DNA from: Vicugna vicugna
Taxonomy: Eukaryota
Length of the DNA: 64,000 bases
Direction: 5' to 3'
Assembly (NCBI GenBank): GCA_013265495.1
Contig: MU058570.1
Coordinates: forward strand, 62,001 to 126,000
The position numbers and the translations under genes were made by a program. This document shows, in pieces, positions 50,171 to 64,000 of this stretch; the first letter of the stretch is position 1; each line of letters opens with the position of its first letter. Under the pieces are notes generated by a model. It saw nothing but the letters and a program-made list of their open reading frames with translations, was not told where the DNA came from and did not search any database.

Positions 50171-51835
50171 GAGCTGAGAGCTTCATACTTTGAAGGTCTT
50201 ACTGAAGATTGTCCTTTGGCTTTCTTTACATAAATATAGCTAATTAAAATTTTCTTCTTTTCTCTGGTTCACATTTTCCTTTTGACTTTGGCCCCTTTTA
50301 ACATCTGGATACTCTGAAACCATAAGCATTCTCCACCATGAGCTTGGGTTTTTTTTTTTTTCTAATAGCAGTATTTCGTTTTTGTTTACCCCCATAAACT
50401 GCCATGGAAGAAATAGGCAAATGTAGTTACCACTCTTTTCCCTCTCCTACCTTTTGGCACTGTTGACTGAGCTGAAAACAAACAAACAAAAAACAAAAAC
50501 CTCGTCTTGTTCCAGCCCTAAGGGTTCTTCACTTCTCATTATAAACAATCTGGTCAACTTATGATCCATTCCATCCAAACCCATTTTTCCTAAAACCTTA
50601 ATTTATCATCTCTTGCACCTTCATCCCTTCAAATGCATCCTTGCCACCAGCATCTAAATGGTCTCATATTTCTTTAGTTCTTTTCTTTGGGTTTCAGTTA
50701 CGAAAAGACTGATTTATAATTGCCCACTTACTGTTCTCCACTTGTCCTCAAAGGCACCTTAAACTCATGGTAATAATCTCCAAACTCAATTTATTTCCTA
50801 GATGCTGAATTTCAGTAATGACAGTCACCCAGTTTGTTCATACTAGAGAACTGGGCCTCTTTCTTGATGTCTCCTTCTGCCTCATTTCCCATCTCCCCTT
50901 CACAAGACTATTCATTCCACATTTTATCATAGTAAGGCATTTTGCTAAGTTCTAGGTTTTAACATTTTTATTTTTGTGAGGCTATAGATTTCTCCAATGA
51001 TGCTGCCAACACTCTATTTTGGGAACTCCTTTAAGAAATACTTTCAGTCCCCCTAGTCACCACTTATTCTTTTCTTACCTTATTCAGACTCTTTCTCTAG
51101 ATGATTTTAAATTATGGTTTAAAGTATCTAAACTATCAAATTTAGGACTGAGGATGACCACCTTGGAGAATGACTGCTACAGATTTTGAAGATGGCTTCA
51201 GAAAAGGAACATAGTAAGATAAGATTGAAATAAGATAATAAGATTGAAAGGAACAATCCTTGTTTGGATATTTAAGTTCTGATATATTTGTTTAAAAGTT
51301 CTTTAGTCATAGCTAATGTGACTTACATAAATTACAAATTTTCAAGATACATATAGTATTCTAAGATACCCTAAAGGAAAAAAGAATAATTTAAAAATTT
51401 TGGTTAACTCAGAAGGTACTCTGAACTTTTGGTGTTTGAGTCATTTTCCAATTTATTTTACTATTCTAGAATACAAATGTAGACTATGCTTCAGAGAGTG
51501 GACTGAGTGTTCATGAGATGTACTTCATACCACTAAAGGTTTCTCCGAAGGCTCCAGACACCTGCTTGCATATTTCCACTTTATGTCTCCCTCTTATTAA
51601 ATGCTGCACAACACTCAGTTTGTGATTTTCCATTGTTTGGATTTCAGAATAAATTAGAATTCACGACACTTAGGTTTACCTAAATTAAAGAGAAGTCAAA
51701 AAGTAATTCGAAAAATTATTTTCAGTATGGATAAAACTGTTATAAACTGCATACATCAATCAAAATCTTTAGTGTTTGAAAATTAACTTTCTATAAGTCA
51801 ATAAAGAGCAAAAGCTGAATATGGTGAAGACTGTC

Positions 51836-51857
51836 TTTATTTTTAGGGCCTTTTATT
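51836..51857 (-). terminator. Candidate TOPAZ1 polyadenylation signals (AATAAA x2)
   Basis: tttatt at 51852-51857 and 51836-51841, 45-66 nt downstream of the stop codon. Confidence 0.6.
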
Positions 51858-51901
51858 TTCAACAATGAGTACTTGAACTTAAAAAAAAAAGCCTTTAATA
51901 A

Positions 51902-52165
<264 letters not shown>

Positions 52166-53064
52166 CTATATAGTTTCTTCAAAAGATAGTAATTTACATT
52201 TTTTGGTTCTAAGCTATGACAGTCTTTTTATTACATTCTAACAGTGGATTTCAAACTTGTTTGACTATAATACACAGTAAAAGACATTTTATATACACCC
52301 ACATACATAAAAACTGAACAAGACTTGCCTTTATGACAATGTACTATGTTTTCTATTCGGTTTCATTTTTCAAAAAATTAAATGGTTCCAACCCCCTAAC
52401 CTAATTTTACTACACAAATGGGCTACAATCTTCAGTCTGGAAACAATAATCTACAATATAGCTAATAACCTATTTTTGAAGTTAATAATTGTATAATTAT
52501 TTATTATAATGCATAGAGTATTAAATTTAATCAAATTTGAAGTTAATAACATTCATGTGTTTTACCTTGATATGGCTTTTTAAAATTATAAGCATATACT
52601 TAATATGTAGCTCACATTTGGTAACAGAAATTGTAGCTATATGCCTTTATTAATTTCCAGTTATTTTCTTCAGTCCTAATTAAAAATATTTCACTAAAGT
52701 GCTAGAATTTACTTTTAAAGTAACTTTTCTACCAGTCTCCATTTTCCTATAGACAGGGAATAGGAAGTATTTAAAATAGAGATGTGGCCGTCATTAGGCA
52801 TTGCTTTTTCTTGGTGTTTCCTGTGTCTTGCTGTTAGCACTCAGAGGGCCCAGGAGAAGGCCGGAGGGTGAGCCTACCCACATTAGCACCACAGTGTGGT
52901 CTACAAAGTGGTAGGAGTGAGGACTTCCACCTGGAACAGGAACCAGTGGTCAAAAAGAGGAAAGACTGGTCAGGCACCTTCTAGTACACTCTGGCTTAGG
53001 AATCAGTGCCTGAAATCTGGTAGACTGGGCGTATGCCAACCACATGCAGTTTTTGAAAGTCTAA

Positions 53065-53490
53065 TGATGAATAAAACTCTCTCAGAGGTTAAGGCAGGTA
53101 TAAGCTGATCTTGAGATGAGTTAAGGCCGTGGGACCCAAGGTCACGATTGGAGCATGTTTATAGTATGCAGTAAATAACTGCTCCACGCATGCATCAATT
53201 ATGTAAGATTCAGAACAAAGAAAATAGAAGTACGCATGTGCTAGAGATATTCTGTAAGCCTAATGAACAAAGAAACTCAGACTGCACATGTGCTGACAGA
53301 AAACAGATAAAAGCAGGACGGGTGCATCATAGGCGCACCTCCCTGTGGCAATAAAGTGTTGTTGACCCTATGGTGTCTCCGGCTGAAGTCTGTCCGGCGG
53401 TATGGCACCTCCTCGTGCATTTGTTCGTTTGGGCCTCTCACCTCCTAGAACACCACATCAGCCTTCCTTGGCTGACAGCAGGGCTCAATA
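53065..53490 (+). mobile_element. Solo ERV LTR
   Basis: U3-R-U5-like layout with GATAAAA (~53306) and AATAAA (~53350). Ends approximate. Confidence 0.6.
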
Positions 53491-53774
53491 TGATAATAAT
53501 AATAGAGAAAACAACATTGGTATGGACAAAACCAAAGATCCAGGCATGCCACTGTTAGGTACTAGCATCACAAATTCAGTACTGAATACAGAGGCTGCAC
53601 ATGTGTGGGGAATGGAAAGCTATGAGAAAACCAAATCCTCTGGAAGCGATGGAAGCCCAAATGCGTCATGCCACTGGGGTGCACAGTGGTGAAGAGGAAG
53701 CCCTCAGAAAAGAGCTCTAACAAAAAAGCTAATTTTAGTGGGTTTAAAAAAAAAAGTGGACCTAAAATAAATTA

Positions 53775-54750
53775 TTTCCCAATTCTCCTCCCCTTCAGTA
53801 TGGGCTGGGCTGAATGACTTGTTTATCAAAAATAGAGCAGAAATGACACTGTACAACTTAGGACACGAGGTTGTTAGATACCAATTTTTCATGGCCCCTT
53901 GCATTTCTTTAAGTTTTGAGAGTAGATACACTGACTACCCCTTGTTCCAGATTAGAAGAATGTCTAATACAGTGAACAACTTTGAAAGACAAAGAGTTTC
54001 TCCTTTTGCAGCAAAAGACAGGTTTGCTTACAGCCTTACAAGGTGGAGACAGTATTTTCCTGAAGAGCGGGGGGGCAGGCATGCTTATTATCCCTTTATA
54101 AAGGACTTGAGTTTCTAGGTTCAGGAGTCCTCTCCTGGGTAACAGAACCCACTGCATGTGCAGGTATCCATCCTGGCCCATCTGTGGGACTTGGGAGCAA
54201 GAGGAACAGATACAAATATGCAGATAATCATGCTGCTTGCTGTGCCATAATTAATAAAGTCCTGTCTCCAACCCAGGAGTCTTCTATTTTATGCCAGAAT
54301 CCTTGAAACTGTAGCAGGCTGACCTGTAGCCTGCAAATAGGGTGAGATCTCAGAGCCTTCACAGTTCTTGATACAGTCCTAAAAGGCACTGCAGCTTCCT
54401 CCTTGCTTTCCCTCCTGGATCACTGACTCTGAGAGAAGTTTGCTGTCATGTCATGAAGACACTTAAGAAACTTATGGAGGGGCCCATGTGGCGAGGAGCT
54501 AAGGTTTCCTGCCAGCAGGCATGTGAGTGAGCCAGCTGGGAAATGGATCCTCCGGCCCCAGTGAAGCTGTCAGGCAGGTGATTCAGGTCCTGATCACATC
54601 CTGACTCCAACATCACGAGAGACTGAGCCAGAACCATCCTGCTAATAAGATACTCCCAAAATTCCTGACCCACAGAAACTAAGATAATATTTGCTGTTTT
54701 AAGCCACAAAGTTTTGGGATAATCCAAAAACTGTAACAGATAACTAATAG
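53775..54750 (+). mobile_element. MLT1 (MLT1F-like) LTR interrupted by an ERVL-type LTR (MER68/MER77-like, ~53872-54373)
   Basis: MLT1 motifs (ggcccatgtggcgaggagctaagg, aattcctgacccacagaaact) resume after an insert ending ...cttcacagttcttgata. Confidence 0.7.
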
Positions 54751-55416
54751 ACTATTCAGATTGAGGATCTGGTCTGTACCACCAGTAAACTGAAGCAAAA
54801 CTCTGGTCAAAAAACTCTAAAATAGGAATCCCATGAGATCCTCATATTACAAGTTTCCTGGATAAAGCTGACAAGAAATTGGAGTGTTGTAAACCTAAAT
54901 TCTGGACTTTGAATAAAATTATTTGAAGGGATGCCACTCTGGTCCAAGAGCTATGTTATAATATTTATGCATTTATAACAACATTTTAAAATATTGAGAC
55001 TAGGCTGATGGCTTTAGTTTCAAGAGGATTCTTGACTGAACCTAATAAATTATCATATATTTCCCTTTTACACCTGGTTCTTAGATCTTCTGTGATGACC
55101 ATAAAGATAAATAACTTCTAGGTTCCTATAAAAACTATCAGTACACAAGAAAGATCCATACCTAAAGAAGATCTGTCTCTATGACCATCTAACAAGATCT
55201 TTGAAGTTGTTAAAGTGTTTCTTGAAAGGTACTAACTTGTTCAGTTTTAAGTCTCAAAAGGTCAAATCCTTTCTCAATATAAATGTTACCAAAGTTTGTC
55301 AATACTATACATGCACAAGTATACAAATATATAAATGCTTTACATATGTTTATATATATACATAAATAAAACATTTACATCCTAGGGCAGGTGTAGGGAG
55401 CCACAATCTGCTTTCA

Positions 55417-55635
<219 letters not shown>

Positions 55636-56049
55636 TCAAGTAACAGATCAGACTTTACTAAAACCCCAACAGGTGAAAACCTAGGTTTCCAAAATATCCA
55701 GAGGTGATAATTACTTTTGTTACAGAATAATTCTTCACATTAGAAGCAGATTTATTGTACAAATTATATGGTGGTGAGCTTATCCTAGTACATGTGAAAT
55801 CATCCTTTGTAAAATGTTTTTGAAACATTAAATATGAAATGAGAAATTTTAAAAAAACCCTCTGAAAAATTACTTTTGAGCCTCATTGGAGCAACTGCCC
55901 ACTTATTTCAAGCCACAGTCAACACAACATAATTTCAGAATAACTAAAAAATCAGAAATAGCTACTCGGGTGTTGTTTTAATGGGACCTGGGTCTAACAG
56001 AAACTATATATATACTTATAATAACTCCCTATCTTGAATTATGAATCCA

Positions 56050-56138
56050 TCATGTATAACTGAAAAATTGTGCTCTACACTGGAATTTGAAACAACATTG
56101 TAAAATGACTATAACTCGATGAAAAATGTAAAAAAAAA
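56050..56138 (+). mobile_element. L1 3'-tail-only insertion (same subtype as the 19631-21729 L1)
   Basis: Perfect TSD GAATTATGAATCCA at 56036-56049 and 56139-56152. Confidence 0.9.
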
Positions 56139-57139
56139 GAATTATGAATCCAAAATGTAGAAAGAAAATAGAAGATAGAATTTGAAGATTTTACTTTGTA
56201 TCACATAGTTTTACAGTATTTTTGAGCACGCTTATTTATAGTGCTGTTACAGCTTGTGCAATAAATGTGTGCTGTTCCTACTACACGCTGGCAGTATGCT
56301 AAAGATGCAATACAAAAATGAATAAAATACACTTCCATCGTGTAGGCACTCTATGTGTTGTTCACCAGTTCATGTTCTGAAATTTTCACTTTTCCAAAGA
56401 AGAGATTTAAACTCTAAAAATGTTTATGTACTTATTACAAGTGATACATAGGGAAATCTTCTATACATAAGTCTTGGGACATCCAAATTGTATATGGGCA
56501 ATATTTTACTGAAACCAATTTAAATCTGTGTGTAAAATTTGCTTAAAATGTTTTATTAAGATAAGTTTCTTCAAGAAATCTTTCTACTGTGGATGATGAT
56601 GACTAATCTTTGAGGCCCTACTACTCCCCAGGTACATATAGGTTTTATCTAATTTTAACCTGACAATTCACCAACTTTGCAATTAGGCACAACAATGCTC
56701 GTATTATAGATGGGGGGTGCTGTATGTAAGCACCCTGGCCTTCTGACTCCAGATTTTGGAACCCTAACCACTAGGTAGTCCCGTCTCCCTAGACCACTGC
56801 CAGGACCAACCAATCACTGACTTGTTAATTCTCTGAGCTATCGGTAGATATAATTTATGTGCATTTCTGTTCTACTTTTCTGAGAAGTGGAAAACCAAAG
56901 CCAATAAACTGAGTAGAAATTTACTCACATTACTTTTTCCCCTAAAATCAGACATGAAAAGAAAAATACTCCATTTGGCCTTAGGGGCAGAAAGTAATAG
57001 AAAGAAACACTAACATCTCCCCTTCCTGACTTTTTAGCTCCAAGAGAAAAGCAATATTTTTAGGACTAGGTAGCAAATTAGGAGCATCAGGAAGGCAACT
57101 CTGCTGTCCCTGGACAATTTCCCTCTGATTAGTTTGGGG

Positions 57140-58200
57140 ACAAAAGCAAAGGCATCAGGAAAGTGAAAGACAACTCATGGAACAGAAAAAAAAACCCATG
57201 AATTTATATATCTAACATGGGACTTATATCTGAAGTGTGTGTGTGTGTATATATTTATATATATGCATATCATAAGTGTACTGATAAGTACCCCTCCACT
57301 TGCACACTCAGCAAGAAAAAACAAAAAACTCCTCCATTTAAAATAGTACAAAGAAAAAAATGGGTGAAGGATCCAACAAACATTTCTTCACAAAGATATA
57401 CAAATGGCCAATAACCACATGAAAAGATGCTCAACATCATTAATCTTAGGAACATACAAATCACAACCTCAGTGAAGCACCACTATACATCTACTAGGAA
57501 GGCTAAAATAAAAACCTAGTAACAAGTGCTGGTGAGGATGTGAAGAAATCGGAAGTCCCATGCATGGCCGCTGGCAATATAAATGTAAAACAGCACAGCT
57601 TCTTTGGAAAACAGTTTGGCAGTTCCTCAAAATATTAAACACAGATTTACCATATGAGTCAGCAATTCTGCTCCCAGGAGAAATGAAAAACATACGTCCA
57701 AACAGAAACTTGTATGTGAATGTTTAGAGCAATGTTACTCTTAATAGCCAAAAAGTGGAAACAATGCAAATGTCCATCACTGATGGACAGATAAACAAAT
57801 TCCATACAATAGGGTACTATTCAGCAATAAAATGGAAAGAGATATTGATGCAGGCTACAATATGAATGAACCTTGAAAACATTATGCTAAGTGTAAGAAG
57901 CCAGTCACAAAAAACCACATATTGAATGATTCTATTTAAGTGAAATGCCCAGAACAGGTAAATCCATAGAGACAGAGACATGAATTGTTGCCTAGGGCTG
58001 CGTCGGGTGGGGAACATACATGGAACGGGGAAGGAATGCAAATGTGTTTCAGATTTCTTTTTTTGGAGGTGTTGAAGATGTTCTAAAATTAGACTGTGGT
58101 GATTGCTGCACAACCCTGAATATAAAAATGAATGCACTGTGCATTTTACATGCATATGTTTTATAGTATGCAAAATTATGTTAATAAAGCTGTAAACATA
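57140..58200 (+). mobile_element. Old L1 3' fragment (L1MB-like)
   Basis: Degraded ORF2 tail and 3' UTR (gatgttctaaaattagactgtggtgattgctgcacaacc). Confidence 0.85.
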
Positions 58201-60180
58201 CTTTTTTAAAAAGCAAAACAAAGGCACTGGCACCACAGCCGTAACATAAGTGCCTTGAAGAAGAATTAGCCGTAAGCTCAGAATGAAGTATGTAGCTCTA
58301 GATGTAATCATGAGGCACTGAAAGTCTTTTCTAGCTTGTGGTAAGCTATGTGTGAAGATAAATCAAAGAGAGTTCCACTGATACTTTAACGTCAGCACTC
58401 TCAGGAAATAAGATGTTTTGAAGACTGATCAGTGACTATGAATTATTCATTTCATTTTATAACTCAGGTACATTAAATAAAAACAAAAACACTCTTTACC
58501 CATATAACCTTACTTGCATAAGCCCCAGAATTTTACTGCACATAAAATTAGGCACAGGTGTGTTTAGATAAAAGGAAGAATGCTAATAAGAAAGGTACTG
58601 AATTGTACCCAGGCATTAACTGCTTTAACACACACTAAAAAAAAAACAAAAACAAAAAACTTAAAAAATAAATTATCATTAGGGCTGGAACAATTTGGAG
58701 GAATAGGGAGTGACTATTAATGCACATGGGGTTTCTTTTTGGCCTGATGAAAATGTTCTAAGTTTGACTGTGGTGATGGTTGCCCAACTGTGTAAATACA
58801 CTAAAGCCATTGAATTGTACATGTTAAATGGGTGAACTTCATATTTGAATTATATCTCAATAAAGCTGCTAATACAAATTTTTAAATGATTAAGTTTAGC
58901 TGTTTTAATACAAAATTTTATTTCCAACTAAAAAACAGAAAGATTCATAGAAATCTCACTTAAATGTTTCCAAGTTAATACTTTGTTTCTGTGGCATACA
59001 AATGCTTTCTGATGGCACTTCCCCCAAACTGCACATTTGAAAAAAGTGACCTCATTAACATCAATTCTAAAAACTAAAATCATCAAGTTACACCAAACAG
59101 TACATATATACTTTGTAGTGTGATTCCTAGCAGTCTTCAAGGAAATACTATAAGGAGTTGAAACATAACCACAAAAGTGAAATGAAGTGTTATGAACAAA
59201 CCATTCTACCTTTCCTCAAAATTTATGATCATCTTCAAAAAAATTCTGCTTTCGAAATTTCTTTTGATTGTAATCTACAATAAGAAATACATTTTACATA
59301 ATGACCCAGTACACATACATGAATATATGTAACTGAAATGAAAATTTTATCAAATAATACTTAACCTTACTATCTGTAATGCACGCTAATATTTTCTTTC
59401 TCATTTCATTGGGGAAAAAAGTTACCACTTGCTAAACTGATCACAGCTGGCAACGTGAAAAACAATTTCAAGCTGAGAGAGGTTTTTGTTGGTGCCGGTA
59501 GGGGTGGCACAAGGGTGACACACACTAGGTCCTCAAATGTTTGTTATATGGATGACAGTGGTAGAAAGGAAAATTTAAGACAAATTACTGCCTGAAGGCA
59601 GAAAAGAACTCCTTTCTAGATCTAGATTCTACACAAAATTGTGTTCTTAATAAAATACCTGTGAAGAGGCTGGGACTAGAGAAAGCGTTAGTTTTCTAAG
59701 CTTACTTATTAGAGAGGAACAATTGTAAACAGATTAACAAAGTTCTATTACTAGGAGCCACATGAAAAACTGTCATGTGTCATGCTGCATTGTAATGGCA
59801 GCCTTTGTACCTCCTGCGGCCTGTTATAAAATATTCTACCATAAAGATCAGTGATAGGTGTGTGATTACCTCTTAAACTTCATTCTACCAATTGTTTAAC
59901 TCCTATCTGTTTAAAAAATATACCAAATTGGTTCAAATTGTGTCATTTATTTCCTTTTCACATCATCTAGTGGACATGTTAATACACAAAGAAATAAAAG
60001 ATACAGCAATTAGAAACAAAATATAGTAATTAGTAACAGGTTTCAAAAGAGTACAGCTCTGTTTAGATATCTTTGAATGTGTATCAACTGCTCTTTTTAT
60101 ATATTCAGTGCCTCAATGTAAATATCGTACATGGATTTAGGTTTAGAAAATTAAATTAAAAACCAATATATCAGATTTTA

Positions 60181-60453
<273 letters not shown>

Positions 60454-60835
60454 CTAAACTTCCCTCTTAATGCTTCTCCTTTCCCCTCTGCTCCCCTTGG
60501 CCCCTTCCTACCCACTACAGGAGTCATAGTCACTAAAATGCAGTCATCTTACATGTTGTCTAAGTTAACAAAAAAAGCACTCAACAGAAGTAAAACCGTT
60601 CATTTACTGTGTAATGGAGAATGTGAAGGGAATGTGAATTCAGAGGCTGCATTAACACCTCTGTCCATGGTCCTCACAAGGTGACTGCATGTGCAGGGTC
60701 TCTGATGAATGACTGCACAGTTCTGTTTGCATTCTATCTATGGTGCACACCTCAGACTTCTCCTTCCGATGACTAAAATAAATCATCCTCTCATAAATAT
60801 TCACTCTCAAATTCAAAAAAAAAAAAAAACCTCAG

Positions 60836-61010
60836 TGGGGAGGGTATAGCTCAGTGGTAGAGACCATGCTTAGCAAGCACAAGGCCCTGGGTTCAATCCA
60901 TGGTTCCTCCACCAAAAATAAATAAGTAAAATTAAAAATAAACCTAATTATAAATTAACTTGAAAATAAACCTAATTGCTTCCCCCCAAAAATGTTCAAA
61001 AAATTTAAAA
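60836..61010 (+). mobile_element. tRNA-derived SINE (Vic-1-like)
   Basis: Same core as the other copies, with a duplicated aaaataaacctaatt segment. Confidence 0.88.
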
Positions 61011-62166
61011 AACCCTCCTTTACTACATATGTCTACTCCTTTCTGCTCTTTACTTCGAAGACAGTGAAGTCCCCTCGGAGACTTCCAACTCTTTTACTGC
61101 CTAGAATCAGTCAGTGCCTAGACTCCAGGTCTTTATCACTTTAGGATTTTTTAGTGGTCTAGGCCTAATTAGGAAATTTATCTCCTTACTTTTAGTCTCT
61201 TTCCAAACATTACCACCAGGGAACTTTCCTATAACACCAACTTGATTACATCACTACCTGTCCCCAAAACTCTAGCGACCCCTTACTACACATAGAGAAG
61301 AAGGTCTGTTTAGTCTGCCATTCAGGATCTTCTAAAGTCCGGCACAACCACCTGCTCAATCTCACTATTATTATTTTGTTTCATTATAACATAATTACTT
61401 ATCAAAAGCCTTTTCTACAGCAGCCACTGTACCAGGGATACCAAGATAAAGAAAATATCACTGCCTTTAAGGAGTTTATTGTCTAGAGGGAGAAACAGTT
61501 AAGAACACTAATTGCAATATGCCAGTGGAATAAATGGGAAAAGGGACACTGATAAAGCACTGAGGGGAGGCCTTCACGTTAACGTTTTTGTTTTCATTAA
61601 ACATTAACCCATTACTCTGACCCATCCCTCAGCTCATTCCTGACCCACAGCTTCTGCCGCTTCCCTCGACATGCTGCCTGCATGTGACTTGCAAGCACTC
61701 AAGGGCACTACCTGCCAATGCCCACAGTATTCTCTTTCTCTGAACTTGTTATCTGCTTAATTTCCTCCATTTCCTCCACGTTTCCCTCTGTTCCAATGTA
61801 ATGGAAAGTAAGTTCTATATTTGTTAAGTGATAAAAGAAAAAGTATTATTTATTTTTCCAATGCAATGAATTATTTTAAGGTATGACACTTGCTGGGGGA
61901 ATTTAACATACTGTTTGCTCATGACTTGACAGAAGTAGGAAAAGGGGAATCAGGAAATGCTCCTTTTAGGAACTGCTGACAAACAATCCAAAGATAAGCA
62001 TCTGATTTTTTTTAAACCATCAGGAAAGCATATTCAATTTGCAGAGAACACACTTTACAAAAAACAACATCATTAAAAATATGTGCTGGGACAAAAAACT
62101 CAACCAAAACAGGTGGAGAACTGTTTCTTATTAACAGTTAAACACCAGATGGGCCAGAGATAATTA

Positions 62167-62355
<189 letters not shown>

Positions 62356-64000
62356 TTACAAAAAGAAAAAGTAAAAACACCATGAACATTACACTAAACA
62401 GTATAATAATAACTAATGTTTTAAAATATCTTTTGGAGAAAATGGCAAGACCCAGAATGGAATGTACTGAACAGCCGATTAGGGTTTGCCTAAACTGAAG
62501 TGCACTGTCTGGTAACTAAAAACTGTACTATTGGGCACTAACATCTGGACAATTTATATGCACCTGTGGTCCCTAATAGGACAGTGTCTGTACAGAAGAT
62601 CCTTATGCAACAGTTCTCTAAGGATTTTCTCACAAAAGGAGGCTTTCTAAAAAACTCAAAATAACTCGCTGCAAATCTGGATGGCAACAGGAGCAAATTT
62701 GGCAACATTTACCAAAAAGCTTTAAACTGCCCTTACCTTTAATCCAGTAATTTCATCAGAATTTATCCTAAGGACATAATAAAGATTTAGCACGGACGTT
62801 TAGCAGGGATTGTTGTTCATAGAAATTTAAAAACCAGCTAGTTCAAGAAAAGGGGACTCATGGATCGGTCTCTATGTTTATCTATATTTATTCATAAGAT
62901 GGAAAACCATGCAGCCCATTAAGTTATGTTGTAGAGAAATATTCCCTTTCACAGAAAGATGTCCACAGGAAGACGGCTGCCTAAAGAAAATGCAAGGCAC
63001 TAAGGAGTCTGCAGAGCATCACTAAAGTGGTCAATAACAAATGTATCCATTTAATTTACACACTCATTTCCAGGTGGCTTGATATGGACTTTTTACCACC
63101 ATTTTGCTTATTCATCTCTTCTTATGTCTCTATAATGACTATGTATTACCTCTATAAAGGTAACAGAAGTTATTTTAAAATTCAAGGGCAGTTTCTCAAT
63201 AAATAGCATAGCATTTTTTTAAACAAAATTTGTATTCTAGAACATTAAGACACTTTTTTTCAGCCTCCAAATCTTGACTAAAACTAAAATTATGGTTTTA
63301 AGGATTTTTTTTTCTTTCTTTCTTTGTTTTTAATGCTGGTAAGGGGAGAAAGCAAGGTAGGAATCTGCTGCTTATCTGCCAGGATGCAAGGTATCAGTGC
63401 TGAGAAAAAGTTTAAAATGGCCAAGTGAAAATGTGAAAAGCTAAAACAACTGATTTCTTCTCACCATAAAGTCTGCCACCCACTAAATAAGAAATGTGTA
63501 AAATATTCTACATTTCTCAAACTTCGTTTTAAAAAAGTTTAATAGGTAATAAAGGCATATGTTTTTTAAAGGAAAAAGTATAGAAAAATACGTAAAAAGG
63601 AAATGTGCCTCTCATTCCTGCCCTCCAAGCACTCAATTCTCTTCCCAGAAGCACCCACTATTACTAGTTTCTTGTGCATACAAATACTTCAAAAGTATAA
63701 AGATTATATGTATGTATTCTTTTTTTTTTTTTATACCAATGGTAGCATCTATGTACGCCGTTCAACACATCCCTTTTTTTACTTGGTAAAAGATCCTGGA
63801 GAGCATTCCAATGAGTACCTGCAGGTGTCCCTCATTCCATTCCATCAAATGGCTATCAAATAGTTTCACTAACTGGTACATCCTTAATGGACATTTAAGT
63901 TATCTGGAATTGTTTGTTATCACTGTTGATGCTTAAAAAAAAGATTCCAGATAACTTACAGTGCATACGTTTGCATACAGATGTAAATGTGTTTGTAGGA

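Overview
Mammalian genomic DNA, most likely a camelid, judged from about nine copies of a tRNA-derived SINE resembling Vic-1 plus matching young L1 3' ends. There is no prokaryotic system, CRISPR array or true tRNA/rRNA gene. The minus strand carries the last four coding exons of TOPAZ1, all in frame (stop at 51902-51904), followed by TCAIM exons 2-8. The main result is that TCAIM looks inactivated: splice sites and exon phases are intact, but there are in-frame stops at codon 94 (TAG, 35001-35003) and codon 118 (TGA, 32171-32173), and I cannot find the exons for the C-terminal ~200 aa in the remaining ~22 kb. The rest is mostly transposon-derived: a young 5'-truncated L1 with open ORF2 and a perfect TSD, a SINE-L1 chimera beside a TCAIM donor, a bipartite L1, a 35-nt U2 retrocopy, solo LTRs and hAT relics. 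Gene and repeat-family names and all human comparisons are from memory and were not checked by alignment; repeat boundaries without TSDs are approximate.
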